NCBI GenBank assembly: GCA_964561365.1
Contig: CAZLPF010000001.1
Location: 14,581 to 78,580, forward strand
DNA: 64,000 nt
Reading direction: 5' to 3'
Source: an uncultured Candidatus Saccharibacteria bacterium
Lineage (GTDB): Bacteria > Patescibacteriota > Doudnabacteria > UBA920
Part shown: positions 1 to 8,416 of the stretch, piece by piece
Layout of the letters: each line of letters starts with the position of its first letter
Numbering within the stretch: the stretch's first letter is position 1
The notes under the pieces: generated by a model
The model's database searches: none
What the model saw: only the letters and a program-made list of their open reading frames with translations
What the model was told of the DNA's origin: nothing
Made by a program: the position numbers and the translations under genes

Positions 1-126
1 GGATGTGTCTCCGGACGCGAGTTTTTAGCCCGCAACATTTCCGAAGAAATATCGAGCTATTGTACAAGAAAAAAAGAAAACCGTCAAGTTTGACGATTAT
101 TAATTTCTGACAAATTTAAGCGCTTT

Positions 127-882
127 TTAGGTCAAAACCCGGCAGCCTCTGTCGGTTACGGCAATTGTGTGCTCAAAATGGGCAGAAAGACCGCGGTCTT
201 TGGTCCTAACGGTCCATCCGTCCTTTTCAAAATTGAGGAAGAAATCGCCGGCGCAGAGCATGGGTTCAATGGCTAGGACCATGCCGGTTTTGAGGACCAG
301 CCCGCTCCCCGCCTTGCCGTAGCACGGCACCGAGGGTTCTTCGTGGACCTCGTATCCCACGCCGTGGCCAACCAGGTCGCGCACCACCGAAAAACCGGCG
401 CGTTCGGCCGTGGACTGGATGGCGTGGGAAATGTCGCCGATGCGGGCGCCGGCCCGCACGCTCTTGATGGCTTCCCTCAGGCAGCGCTCCGTGGTTTCAA
501 TGAGCTTTATGGCCTTTGCGTCTACCGTGCCGACCGGCACCGTGATGGCCGTGTCGGTGTAACGCTTCTTGTACTCCATGCCAATGTCGAGGCCGACAAT
601 GTCGCCGTCTTTCAGTCGGTAGCCGGACGGAATGCCGTGGACGACCACGTCGTTGACCGACGTGCAGAGCCCGGCCGGGAACGGGTTGCCCTTCGGGCCG
701 TAGCCCTTGAAGCTCGGGCGGCCCTTCGCTTTCTTTATTTCCGCTTCGGCGTATGCGTTCAGCTCGGCCGTGGTTACGCCGGGCTTCACGAGCGCGGCGG
801 CTCCACGCAAAATAGCGCCGAGCAGCTTCCCGCCCTCGGCAATGGCTTCTATATCGGCGTCGGTTTTTATGAGCCCGTTCAC
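127..882 (-). CDS. map: methionine aminopeptidase, type I
   Basis: 251-aa ORF with a MetAP pita-bread fold signature (DIGMEYKKRYTDTAITVPVG, HGVGYEVHEEP, AIEPM); ATGA overlap with the upstream kinase gene. Confidence 0.9.
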   Translation of the reverse strand: MNGLIKTDADIEAIAEGGKLLGAILRGAAALVKPGVTTAELNAYAEAEIKKAKGRPSFKGYGPKGNPFPAGLCTSVNDVVVHGIPSGYRLKDGDIVGLDIGMEYKKRYTDTAITVPVGTVDAKAIKLIETTERCLREAIKSVRAGARIGDISHAIQSTAERAGFSVVRDLVGHGVGYEVHEEPSVPCYGKAGSGLVLKTGMVLAIEPMLCAGDFFLNFEKDGWTVRTKDRGLSAHFEHTIAVTDRGCRVLT

Positions 883-1490
883 TCGAATTTCTTTACGAAC
901 TCTTTAATCTTCCACCAGACCTCGGCGCGCGAGCCGAGACCTGAAATGCGCCGGTAGGGGTAGCGCTTCTCGAAGTAGTCCACGACCTGGCTGATGTTCT
1001 TGCGGTAGTACTGAACGCGGTTTTTGAGCGCCGACGCGTTGTCGTCCGCTCGCTTGCTGAACTTGCCGCGGTGATACTCTTTGCGGCCCGTCATGCGCTT
1101 GACCGTTTCCGCCATGGGGATGGACAGGTAGACCATGACCACGCGCTCCCGGCCGGCGGCCTTCATCCACTTGTGCACGAGGCGCGCTTCGCCGATCATT
1201 TTCGGGTTGCCGTCGAACAGGATGCCGAGGTTTCCCGGGGTGCGGGCGATGCGCTCCTGGTGAATGGCGCGGACGAGCTGGGTCGGCGTGAGTTTGCCGG
1301 CGTCGAGCGTCTTGTCGAGCTTGAAGCGCTTCCTGACCGCCGGGCTCTGAATGCTCCGCAGCTCCTTGCCCATGTCGAGGTCGTAGAGCGGCCAGCGCTT
1401 CGTGAGGTGGGCGGCCTGGGTGGCCTTGCCCGCGGCGGGATCGCCGAGGAGGATAACGTTGAGCGGTTGGCGCTTTGCGGCTGGCGACAT
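879..1490 (-). CDS. adenylate kinase-family (NMP kinase) paralog, divergent
   Basis: 203 aa; P-loop GDPAAGKATQA and NMP-kinase core ILFDGNPKMI; clearly related to but distinct from the canonical adk directly upstream. Confidence 0.65.
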   Translation of the reverse strand: MSPAAKRQPLNVILLGDPAAGKATQAAHLTKRWPLYDLDMGKELRSIQSPAVRKRFKLDKTLDAGKLTPTQLVRAIHQERIARTPGNLGILFDGNPKMIGEARLVHKWMKAAGRERVVMVYLSIPMAETVKRMTGRKEYHRGKFSKRADDNASALKNRVQYYRKNISQVVDYFEKRYPYRRISGLGSRAEVWWKIKEFVKKFE

Positions 1491-1501
1491 GGGTCGTGGG
1501 C

Positions 1502-2077
1502 TTAGGCGACGCCGAGGGCGCCGTTGATGCGGGCCGTAACTTCCGGAATGCTGCCGAGGCCCTTGACCGAGACAAAGCTCGTGCAGGTTTTGAGGTAGTC
1601 GAGGACCGGCACCGTGGCTTCCTCGTACTGCTTGAGGCGGAACTCAATTTTCTCCCGCGTGTCGTCGACCCGCCCCTCTTTCGCCGCGCGCTCGGTGAGC
1701 CGCGCGACGGACTCTTCCCGCGGCACGTCGAGGAACAGCGTGGTAAAACTGGCGCGGCCCTGGCCCTTCAGGAACTGCATGAGCCACTCGGCCTGGCCCA
1801 GGCGCCTCGGCACGCCGTCGAAGATGATTCCCTGCTCGGGCCGTATGTCCGCGAGCTTCGTTTCCACCACCTTGAGCAGCACGTCGTCGGGCAGGAGCAC
1901 GCCGTTCTCTATCATGTCCTTCACCTGGCGGCCGAGCGGCGTGCCGAGCGTCGCGGTCTCGCGGCAAATGGCGCCGGTGTCCCAAGAAAAAAAGCCCAAG
2001 CGTGCGGCGAGCAGCTTGCCCTGGGTGCCCTTGCCCGACCCCTGCGGGCCGATAATAAAAATAGTGTTCAGCGACAT
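1502..2077 (-). CDS. adk: adenylate kinase
   Basis: Start at internal ATG (MSLNTIFIIGPQGSGKGTQ) gives 192 aa; P-loop plus DGVPRRLGQAE; the longer ORF-track N-terminus is non-protein-like and was dropped. Confidence 0.85.
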   Translation of the reverse strand: MSLNTIFIIGPQGSGKGTQGKLLAARLGFFSWDTGAICRETATLGTPLGRQVKDMIENGVLLPDDVLLKVVETKLADIRPEQGIIFDGVPRRLGQAEWLMQFLKGQGRASFTTLFLDVPREESVARLTERAAKEGRVDDTREKIEFRLKQYEEATVPVLDYLKTCTSFVSVKGLGSIPEVTARINGALGVA

Positions 2078-2129
2078 TTCTGGGCGTAGTCTAGCCCATA
2101 ATGCCGCTGAACACAAGCGGTTTTCCTCG

Positions 2130-2546
2130 CTATGGTTGCGCCTCGCGTCGTGAAAATTCTGCATCGATGGCGGCGTACAAATCGGCCGCCTTAATCGGTT
2201 TCGGCACGAAGATATCACCGTACCTCTGGCACGGCTGAACCTCGGGGTCTCCGCTGATGCCGACGATAACGATCTCCGGGTGGCGCGCGCGGAGGGCCGC
2301 CGCTATCTCGGCGCCAGCCGCGCAGTCGTGCGCGTTGCCGGAATCTGCCAGGTTGCCGTCGAGCAAGCAAACCGTAATGCCGGCCCGCCCGACATCCCCG
2401 CTTTCGATGAGCCCCAGCGCTTCGTCGCGCCGGGCTGTTTCGAGCGCGACCGTGTGGCCCCGCTTCTCCGCAACCCCGCGTTGGCCCTTCGCCACCACCG
2501 CGTTATCTTCCACCAGAAAGATAACGTACCTACGAACTGCTTCCAT
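2130..2546 (-). CDS. stand-alone response-regulator receiver (REC/CheY-like) domain protein
   Basis: 138 aa; VIFLVEDN acidic pocket; the conserved D and K positions are plausible; no output domain; no histidine kinase in the window. Confidence 0.65.
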   Translation of the reverse strand: MEAVRRYVIFLVEDNAVVAKGQRGVAEKRGHTVALETARRDEALGLIESGDVGRAGITVCLLDGNLADSGNAHDCAAGAEIAAALRARHPEIVIVGISGDPEVQPCQRYGDIFVPKPIKAADLYAAIDAEFSRREAQP

Positions 2547-2588
2547 ACACCCCCCAGTTTTTGATCTTTCAGAACAAACGGACGGTTA

Positions 2589-2628
2589 ACGATAGTAAAA
2601 TTCGAGCACGGTGTCAATGTGCTAGAAT
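2589..2628. promoter_or_regulatory. divergent overlapping sigma70-like promoters (RR gene on minus, antiporter on plus)
   Basis: Plus strand: extended -10 TGcTAGAAT at 2620-2628. Minus strand: perfect TTGACA at 2612-2617, a 17-nt spacer, then TATCGT at 2589-2594. Confidence 0.35.
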
Positions 2629-2661
2629 TTAAGAAAGGGTCAAAGCGTACAGAAACAAAAC

Positions 2662-4383
2662 GTGGACCACCTCCTGTTCTATGAAATAACGGCCGTCCTG
2701 CTCCTCGCCGGCTGCATCGGGCTCCTGACCGGCATACTCAAGCAGCCGAGCATTATCGCCTACATCCTGACCGGCCTCATCGTGGGGCCCCTCGGCTACA
2801 TCCACCTCCGCTCGCCCGAAGTTTTGAACGTGCTCGGCGAGATCGGCATCACCCTGCTCCTGTTCATGGTCGGCTTAGAGCTCGACATTAGCCGGGTGAA
2901 GCAGCTCGGCAAAGTCGCTATTGCCACCGGGCTCGGCCAGATTGTTTTTACCACGAGCATCGGCTTCGTGCTCGTGAAGCTCCTCGGCTACAGCCTCGTG
3001 GAGTCGCTGTACGTGGCCGTGGCGCTGACGTTCTCTTCTACCATCATCGTGGTTAAGCTCCTCTCGGAGAAGCGCGAGCTCCAGAGCCTCTACGGGCGCA
3101 TCGTGGTGGGCTTCCTCATTGTCCAAGACTTCGTGGCGCTCGGGCTGCTCGTTCTGCTCGGCGCTACCGGCGGCGCCGAGGTGCCGTGGATGGCTGGCCT
3201 GCCCATATGGCAGGTGGTCGTCGTAACGTTCGCCAAGGTCTTGGCGCTGCTGCTCATACTCGCGTTCGTGAGCCGGCACGTGCTCCCCCGCCTGTTCCGG
3301 CACCTGGCGCGCTCGGATGAGCTGCTCCTGGCCTTTTCCCTCGCCTGGGCCCTGGGCCTCGCGGCGTTCACGAGCCTGCCGGCGGTGGGGCTGTCTCTCG
3401 AGATCGGCGGCTTTCTGGCCGGCCTCGCGCTCGCCAACTCCCCCGTCCACCTGGAAATTGCCGGAAAGGTGCGGAGCATCCGGGACTTTTTCATCATCAT
3501 CTTCTTCATCGTTTTCGGTACGCAGCTCGTGTTCACCGGCATTACCGTGGTGCTCGTGCCGGCCATCATCCTCTCGCTGTTCGTGCTCATCGGCAACCCG
3601 GCCATCGTCCTTACCATCATGGGCTGGCTCGGGTACAAGCCCCGCACGAGCTTTTTCGCTTCGGTGACCGTGGCCCAGGTTTCCGAGTTCAGCTTCATTC
3701 TCATGGCGCTCGGTTTCCGGCTCGGGCACATCGGCGGACAGGCCGTGGCGCTCGTGACGCTCGTGGGGATTGTGACCATTGCCTCGTCTTCATACCTCAT
3801 CCTCTACTCGAAGCGCATTTACCGCGCGCTGCAGGAGCCCCTCAAGGCGTTCGACTTCAAGCGGGGCAGCGCGGAAGCCTCGCTGACCGGCGCGGTTATG
3901 AAGGGCCACGTCATTTTGGTCGGGGCGCACCGGCTCGGCGCCCAGCTCGTCTCGAGCCTCTCGCACCTCGGCCGGCAGCTCGTGCTCGTGGACTTCGATC
4001 CCCAGGTCGTTGACCGCTACGCGGCTTCCGGCGCGACCGTGTTCTGCGGCGACATTGCCGACAGCTACACCCAAGAGCAGCTGAACCTGCGCGAGGCCGA
4101 GCTCGTTATTTCCACCATCCCCGACCTCGAGTCCAACATGGAGCTGCTCGCCGCCATTGAGCGCGAGTGCGCCGGCCGGGCTCACCGGCCGAAGGTCGTG
4201 GTCGCGGCCCAGGACGAGCACGAGTCGCGCCGGCTCTACGAGCGGAAAGTGGACTACGTGCTCTCGCCGCACTTCGTGGGCGGCCAGCACCTCGCGCGCA
4301 TCCTCGAGGGCGCGGCCGGAACCAAAGAGCTCCACCGCTTCCGCGCCGAGCACGAGAAGCGCCTCGCCGAGCTGCTGTCGTAA
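2662..4383 (+). CDS. CPA2 family cation:proton antiporter (KefB-like) with C-terminal RCK/TrkA-N domain
   Basis: 573 aa; GTG start; ~12 TM segments; C-terminal Rossmann segment HVILVGAHRLGAQLVSSLSHLGRQLVLVDFD. Confidence 0.85.
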   Translation: MDHLLFYEITAVLLLAGCIGLLTGILKQPSIIAYILTGLIVGPLGYIHLRSPEVLNVLGEIGITLLLFMVGLELDISRVKQLGKVAIATGLGQIVFTTSIGFVLVKLLGYSLVESLYVAVALTFSSTIIVVKLLSEKRELQSLYGRIVVGFLIVQDFVALGLLVLLGATGGAEVPWMAGLPIWQVVVVTFAKVLALLLILAFVSRHVLPRLFRHLARSDELLLAFSLAWALGLAAFTSLPAVGLSLEIGGFLAGLALANSPVHLEIAGKVRSIRDFFIIIFFIVFGTQLVFTGITVVLVPAIILSLFVLIGNPAIVLTIMGWLGYKPRTSFFASVTVAQVSEFSFILMALGFRLGHIGGQAVALVTLVGIVTIASSSYLILYSKRIYRALQEPLKAFDFKRGSAEASLTGAVMKGHVILVGAHRLGAQLVSSLSHLGRQLVLVDFDPQVVDRYAASGATVFCGDIADSYTQEQLNLREAELVISTIPDLESNMELLAAIERECAGRAHRPKVVVAAQDEHESRRLYERKVDYVLSPHFVGGQHLARILEGAAGTKELHRFRAEHEKRLAELLS

Positions 4384-4392
4384 ACAAAAAAA

Positions 4393-4430
4393 GCAGCGCG
4401 GACCTCAGGGAAGGTCCGCGCGCTGTTTTG
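4393..4430 (+). terminator. rho-independent terminator after the antiporter gene
   Basis: Near-perfect 13-bp GC hairpin gcagcgcggacct/aggtccgcgcgctg followed by TTTTG. Confidence 0.5.
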
Positions 4431-4439
4431 CGGTGGCGT

Positions 4440-5010
4440 GTTCGTTACCGGTTGCCTTGGGTCCAAACGCTGCGTGCACGCAGCTTCCCTTCAGGCTGAA
4501 ACTACCCCAGCGGTTCGGCATGGAACGAGATCTCGATCCTCCTTACCCTTACGGTCCCTTACGATCCAGTGACCGCTCATCCGCCCTTTTTTTGGGCGGA
4601 CTGGTCTGGGTTGCTGGTTCGGTCGTCCGACTCGCACAACCCTCTCGGCAGAGAAAAGTACACCCGCTAAGGTGAGTACGGTCTGTTGTTGCACCGTTTT
4701 TACCTTTTCTGACTTTCACGAACGGTTTACGGGCCCTGTAGCACCCTTGCCGCGCCAATACGAACCATGGCGCTTATCACCTAGAACTAAGTCGCTTTCT
4801 GACCACCGTCATACCTCGTTTCAAAAGGTAACAGGTGGCACCATTCCACCGACGTACGGTTCGGTGAGTGCTTCTCCTCGCGGACTTATCCGTTGCCCTT
4901 CCCTTTGCAGGCGTATCCGACCTTCACCTTGAAGAGTCAGACGGAACAACGACGACTTCGCTCTGAACGGAATTTACACTAGGCTAAAATAAGCGTCAAG
5001 CGCCTTTTCC
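4440..5010. ncRNA. candidate structured non-coding RNA of unknown class (ORF-free, lower-GC intergenic block)
   Basis: ~570 nt with no protein-like ORF in six frames; GC visibly lower (~50-55%) than flanking CDS; several perfect hairpins (gctgcgtgcacgcagc at ~4468-4483; ccgccc-T7-gggcgg at ~4585-4603); CCTTAC triplet repeat at ~4548-4575. Confidence 0.3.
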
Positions 5011-5013
5011 ACT

Positions 5014-5034
5014 TATTTTTGCTACAATTCGGCC
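5014..5034 (+). promoter_or_regulatory. TACAAT -10 box six nt upstream of the cysS ATG (probable leaderless transcript)
   Basis: ttttgcTACAATtcggccATG; no Shine-Dalgarno; the same geometry is seen at rmuC. Confidence 0.35.
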
Positions 5035-6366
5035 ATGCTGAAACTCTACAATTCGCTGTCCAAGCAGCTCGAGGATTTTACCCCCACCTACCCGGACCAC
5101 GTGAACCTCTACAGCTGCGGGCCCACGGTCTACAACTTCGCGCACATTGGCAACCTCCGCAGCTTCGTGGCCGCGGACGTGCTCTACCGCACCCTGAAGC
5201 TCGCCGGCTACAAGCCCGACTGGGTTATGAACATTACGGACGTAGACGACAAGACCATTCGCGGCACGATTGCCGAGTTCGGTCCCAGCGCCGGGGTTGC
5301 GGAGCTGAAACAGCTCACCGAGCGGTACACCAAGTCTTTTAAAGAAGATTTGCGCGAACTCGGCGTGCTTGTGGACGAAATTCGCTTTTTCAACATTACC
5401 GACTACATACAAGAGATTCAGACTTTTGTCCTCGAGCTCATTGAAAAAGGCTTCGCGTACAAGGCTGACGACAGCAGCACCTACTTCAGCATTGAAAAAT
5501 ACCAGGAGCAATTCCACGACTATGGCGCGCTCGTGGGCGAGAAGTTTTTAGAGGGCAAAAAGATAGGCGCCCGGGTCAACGTGGACGAATACGAGAAGGA
5601 CAACCTCTCTGATTTTGCCCTTTGGAAGGCTCACGACGCGCAGGACGGGAACATTTTTTGGGACCATCCCACTTTGGGCAAGGGTCGTCCGGGCTGGCAC
5701 ATAGAGTGTTCGGTCATAAACAAAGTCGCCTTCAAGGGCGAGACTACGGACATACATACCGGGGGCGTTGACCTGAAGTTCCCCCACCATACGAACGAGA
5801 TAGCCCAGAGCCAGCCCGTCTACAAACCGTTCGTAAGCTATTGGGTCCACAGCGAGCACCTTTTGGTGGACGGCAAAAAAATGTCCAAGTCGCTCGGGAA
5901 CTTTCACACGCTCCACGACCTGAAAGAGCGCTACCAGGGTAAGTCTGAAATCGTCGGTCAAATGCTCCGCTACCTGTTCCTGCAGACCCACTACCGCGCG
6001 CAGGCGAACTTTACGCTCGCGTCGCTTGAGTCAACCGGCGCGGCGATTCAGGGGTTACTGCACCGATCAGCATCCGGTAAACCCGAAAGCACCCCTACCG
6101 ACGCGCTCGGGAATGACCTCAATACCGCAGAGGCTCTTTCCGTTGCGGCTGAAAATCCTTCCGATCTCGGGATAGATGTAGAAAAAATTAGAGCCTTCGA
6201 AACGAGCGAGCTGCCGGGCGACGTTCAGGCACTCACCAATGACAGGGCCGCGGCCCGAACGGCTAAAGATTTTTCTAAGTCCGACGAGCTTCGCAAAAAA
6301 ATCGAATCCCTCGGCTACGAGGTGCTCGACACGGGAACCGGCCAGGAAGTACGTCGAAAACTCTAG
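5035..6366 (+). CDS. cysS: cysteinyl-tRNA synthetase
   Basis: 443 aa; class I HIGH (FAHIGN) and KMSKS motifs; Zn-binding Cys/His positions. Confidence 0.9.
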   Translation: MLKLYNSLSKQLEDFTPTYPDHVNLYSCGPTVYNFAHIGNLRSFVAADVLYRTLKLAGYKPDWVMNITDVDDKTIRGTIAEFGPSAGVAELKQLTERYTKSFKEDLRELGVLVDEIRFFNITDYIQEIQTFVLELIEKGFAYKADDSSTYFSIEKYQEQFHDYGALVGEKFLEGKKIGARVNVDEYEKDNLSDFALWKAHDAQDGNIFWDHPTLGKGRPGWHIECSVINKVAFKGETTDIHTGGVDLKFPHHTNEIAQSQPVYKPFVSYWVHSEHLLVDGKKMSKSLGNFHTLHDLKERYQGKSEIVGQMLRYLFLQTHYRAQANFTLASLESTGAAIQGLLHRSASGKPESTPTDALGNDLNTAEALSVAAENPSDLGIDVEKIRAFETSELPGDVQALTNDRAAARTAKDFSKSDELRKKIESLGYEVLDTGTGQEVRRKL

Positions 6367-6379
6367 GTCCAAATGGAAA

Positions 6380-6415
6380 GGCCGCAGCGGGGAGCGCTGC
6401 GGCCTTTGCGTTTCG
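6380..6415. terminator. bidirectional rho-independent terminator
   Basis: 10-bp perfect stem ggccgcagcg/cgctgcggcc with a T-tract on both strands; lies between convergent cysS and the 6423..6698 gene. Confidence 0.55.
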
Positions 6416-6422
6416 TGTGGGC

Positions 6423-6698
6423 TCACTTGCCCGGGTTTGCTGCTTGCGAGAGGCTCACTTGAACCTTCGCGAAGACGGTGGGGACTGCTCTGTACCATCC
6501 GGTTGCCATCACGATGACGGCGACTGCGATGATTACCAGGAGCAACTTGCTCCCAATTCCCCTGCCTTCTGCAACGTTGTCAGAACCATCGTTGTAGGTG
6601 CTGCCACAGTCGAGCTTGCGGCGCATGGCCGCGGTCTCAGCTTCTAGATTCGCTAGTCGCTCGAGGACGTTTATTTTTTCGTCCGTTGTGAATGCCAT
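6423..6698 (-). CDS. small membrane protein (N-terminal coiled-coil-like segment plus one TM), unknown function
   Basis: 91 aa; strong SD GGGGGGG upstream of the ATG; TM LLLVIIAVAVIVMATGWY. Confidence 0.5.
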   Translation of the reverse strand: MAFTTDEKINVLERLANLEAETAAMRRKLDCGSTYNDGSDNVAEGRGIGSKLLLVIIAVAVIVMATGWYRAVPTVFAKVQVSLSQAANPGK

Positions 6699-6706
6699 TC
6701 GCCCCC

Positions 6707-6883
6707 CTATTTATTGCTAGCTTGCGCCAGCGTGTTGTCCACGGCCCCGATTCTCACGAAGGCCTGGTTGAGTGCTGCTTCGATCGGTGCTTTGATGTTC
6801 TTCTGCATGAACCAGCTCGCGCCGATCCAAAACAGAACCGTCATAAGAACCAACCGCAGGGCCAACGTTAGAGAACTGCTCAT
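6707..6883 (-). CDS. small membrane protein, unknown function
   Basis: 58 aa from the internal ATG, preceded by GGAGG; one TM; sits below an 85-nt very AT-rich promoter-like block at 6890-6975. Confidence 0.4.
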   Translation of the reverse strand: MSSSLTLALRLVLMTVLFWIGASWFMQKNIKAPIEAALNQAFVRIGAVDNTLAQASNK

Positions 6884-6975
6884 CGGAACCTCCCGGACGT
6901 ATTCAAAACCACCTTGGTGATTTTGTAAATATATTTTAACATAAATTAGACAATTAGTCAATATAAAAGACATTC

Positions 6976-7004
6976 GAAAACCGCTTTGTTCAAGCGGTTT
7001 TCTG
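6976..7004 (-). terminator. rho-independent terminator downstream of the 7020..7307 gene
   Basis: 8-bp perfect stem aaccgctt/aagcggtt with a 5-nt loop, flanked by A/T tracts on both strands. Confidence 0.5.
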
Positions 7005-7019
7005 CTCTACGGCGAAAGA

Positions 7020-7307
7020 TCAGTGCGTAGTTGTTTCCACGACCACCTTGCCGTCTATTACCACCGTTACCCGGTTTGGGTCGGTCGGGTGGCGGACATC
7101 GATGCGTTCGCTGCCGGCAGATGTTGCCGTGAGCGCGCCGACCACGCTGATGCGGTAGATGAGCTCGTCGTCGTGCTTAGCGGCGCTTCGCGCGGCATCC
7201 GTTGCCAGCACATGGATGCCAAGTACCACGAGGGCGCAGAGCCCGAAGAACGCGATCCACTCGCAGCACCAGCGGCGCAGTGAAACTTTGCCGTCTGAAA
7301 ATACCAT
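7020..7307 (-). CDS. small membrane-anchored hypothetical protein
   Basis: 96 aa from the ATG preceded by GGAGGG; longer upstream start options would overlap dus by >100 nt; one TM WIAFFGLCALVVLGIHVLA. Confidence 0.45.
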   Translation of the reverse strand: MVFSDGKVSLRRWCCEWIAFFGLCALVVLGIHVLATDAARSAAKHDDELIYRISVVGALTATSAGSERIDVRHPTDPNRVTVVIDGKVVVETTTH

Positions 7308-7371
7308 TCTGCCCTCCATTGAGCGAAGTGTGCCGGGCAGGTAGAATGCCCAAAGCACCCAAGCGTACCCT

Positions 7372-8343
7372 ATGCCATTTTCTTGGTCAACAATCGAAAA
7401 GCCGCTCGTGGCCCTGGCTCCCATGTCGGGCGTTTCCGACATTGCCATGCGTTCGGTGGCTCGGCGCTGGGGCTCTGACGTTACCTTCTCCGAGTTCATT
7501 TCCACCGACGCGCTCTACTATAAACCCGGCAACCCCAAGTCCCTCCAGCTCGCCGAATTCATAGAGGGCGAGCGACCGTTCATAATCCAAGTGTTCGGGC
7601 CGGAGCCCGAGCACTACGCGAGCGCGGTCAAAGAGCTCGCCGAGCGTTTCAAGCCCGACGGCTTCGACGTGAACTTCGGCTGCCCGGCGCGGAGCGTGGT
7701 CAACAACGGCGCCGGCAGCTGCCTGTTCCTGCAGCCGGACGTGGCGCGCCGGATTATTGAGACCGTGAAAGAGGCGTCCGGGAACCTACCGACGAGCATC
7801 AAGCTCCGGGCGAGCTACAAGCACGTGCCGGCCCTGGATTTTTTGAATGCCATAGCGGGCGCGCCGTTCGAGAACGTCACCGTGCACATGCGCAAGTACG
7901 AGCAGGTCCACTTCGGCGAGCCGAACTGGGACGCGGGGAAGGGCGTAAGCGCGTGGTGCCACGCGCGGAATCTGACCTGCATTGTCAACGGCGGGATCAA
8001 CTCCGCCCAGAAAGCCAAGGACGTTTTGGCCTACACCGGCGCCGACGGGGTCATGGTCGCCCAGGCTTCGCTCGGCAACCCGTTCTTGTTTTCAGAAATC
8101 AAGGCGGCGCTGGGCGGCCAGCCGGTTCCGGTTATATCACCAGAAGATCGTTTGGGTACCGTCCTGGCCCACGCGAGGCTCATGCTCGAGCACAAGGGCG
8201 AGTACGGCTTGGTAGAAATGCGTAAGCACCTGGTCTGGTACTTCAAGGGCTTTCCCGGGGCCGCTGCGGTGCGCCAGCAGCTGACCCGGGTCACCACCCT
8301 GCCCGAGCTCGAGGCCATTTTGGGCTCGATTCCAACGGTTTAG
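7372..8343 (+). CDS. tRNA-dihydrouridine synthase
   Basis: 323 aa; LAPMSGVSD (FMN site), VNFGCP catalytic Cys, TIM-barrel Dus family. Confidence 0.85.
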   Translation: MPFSWSTIEKPLVALAPMSGVSDIAMRSVARRWGSDVTFSEFISTDALYYKPGNPKSLQLAEFIEGERPFIIQVFGPEPEHYASAVKELAERFKPDGFDVNFGCPARSVVNNGAGSCLFLQPDVARRIIETVKEASGNLPTSIKLRASYKHVPALDFLNAIAGAPFENVTVHMRKYEQVHFGEPNWDAGKGVSAWCHARNLTCIVNGGINSAQKAKDVLAYTGADGVMVAQASLGNPFLFSEIKAALGGQPVPVISPEDRLGTVLAHARLMLEHKGEYGLVEMRKHLVWYFKGFPGAAAVRQQLTRVTTLPELEAILGSIPTV

Positions 8344-8373
8344 TTATCCCGCCTCTCCCCCGCTTCCACACCG

Positions 8374-8402
8374 TTGCCCGCCCGCCCAGCGGCGGCTAGA
8401 AT
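8374..8402 (+). promoter_or_regulatory. sigma70-like promoter of dnaB
   Basis: TTGCCC, 17-nt spacer, TAGAAT; ATG 14 nt downstream. Confidence 0.35.
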
Positions 8403-8416
8403 ACCTCGGCAAGCCT

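Noticed and set aside
4393-4430. Hairpin resembling SRP RNA helix 8 (AGCAGC…GGACCU…GGUCC).
   Set aside because: It is a simple symmetric GC hairpin followed by a T-tract directly after a stop codon. It lacks the asymmetric internal loops and GNRA tetraloop of the SRP RNA Alu-less domain IV, so a terminator is the simplest reading.
4900-4975. tmRNA-like tag reading frame (…NNDDFALNGIYTRLK*) inside the ORF-free block.
   Set aside because: The tag does not end in the usual hydrophobic Ala-Ala. No tRNA-like acceptor/T-arm (GGUUCGAnUCC…CCA) is found near it.
5548-5991. 147-aa minus-strand ORF inside cysS.
   Set aside because: It lies entirely within a well-supported CDS on the opposite strand and has no recognisable domain.
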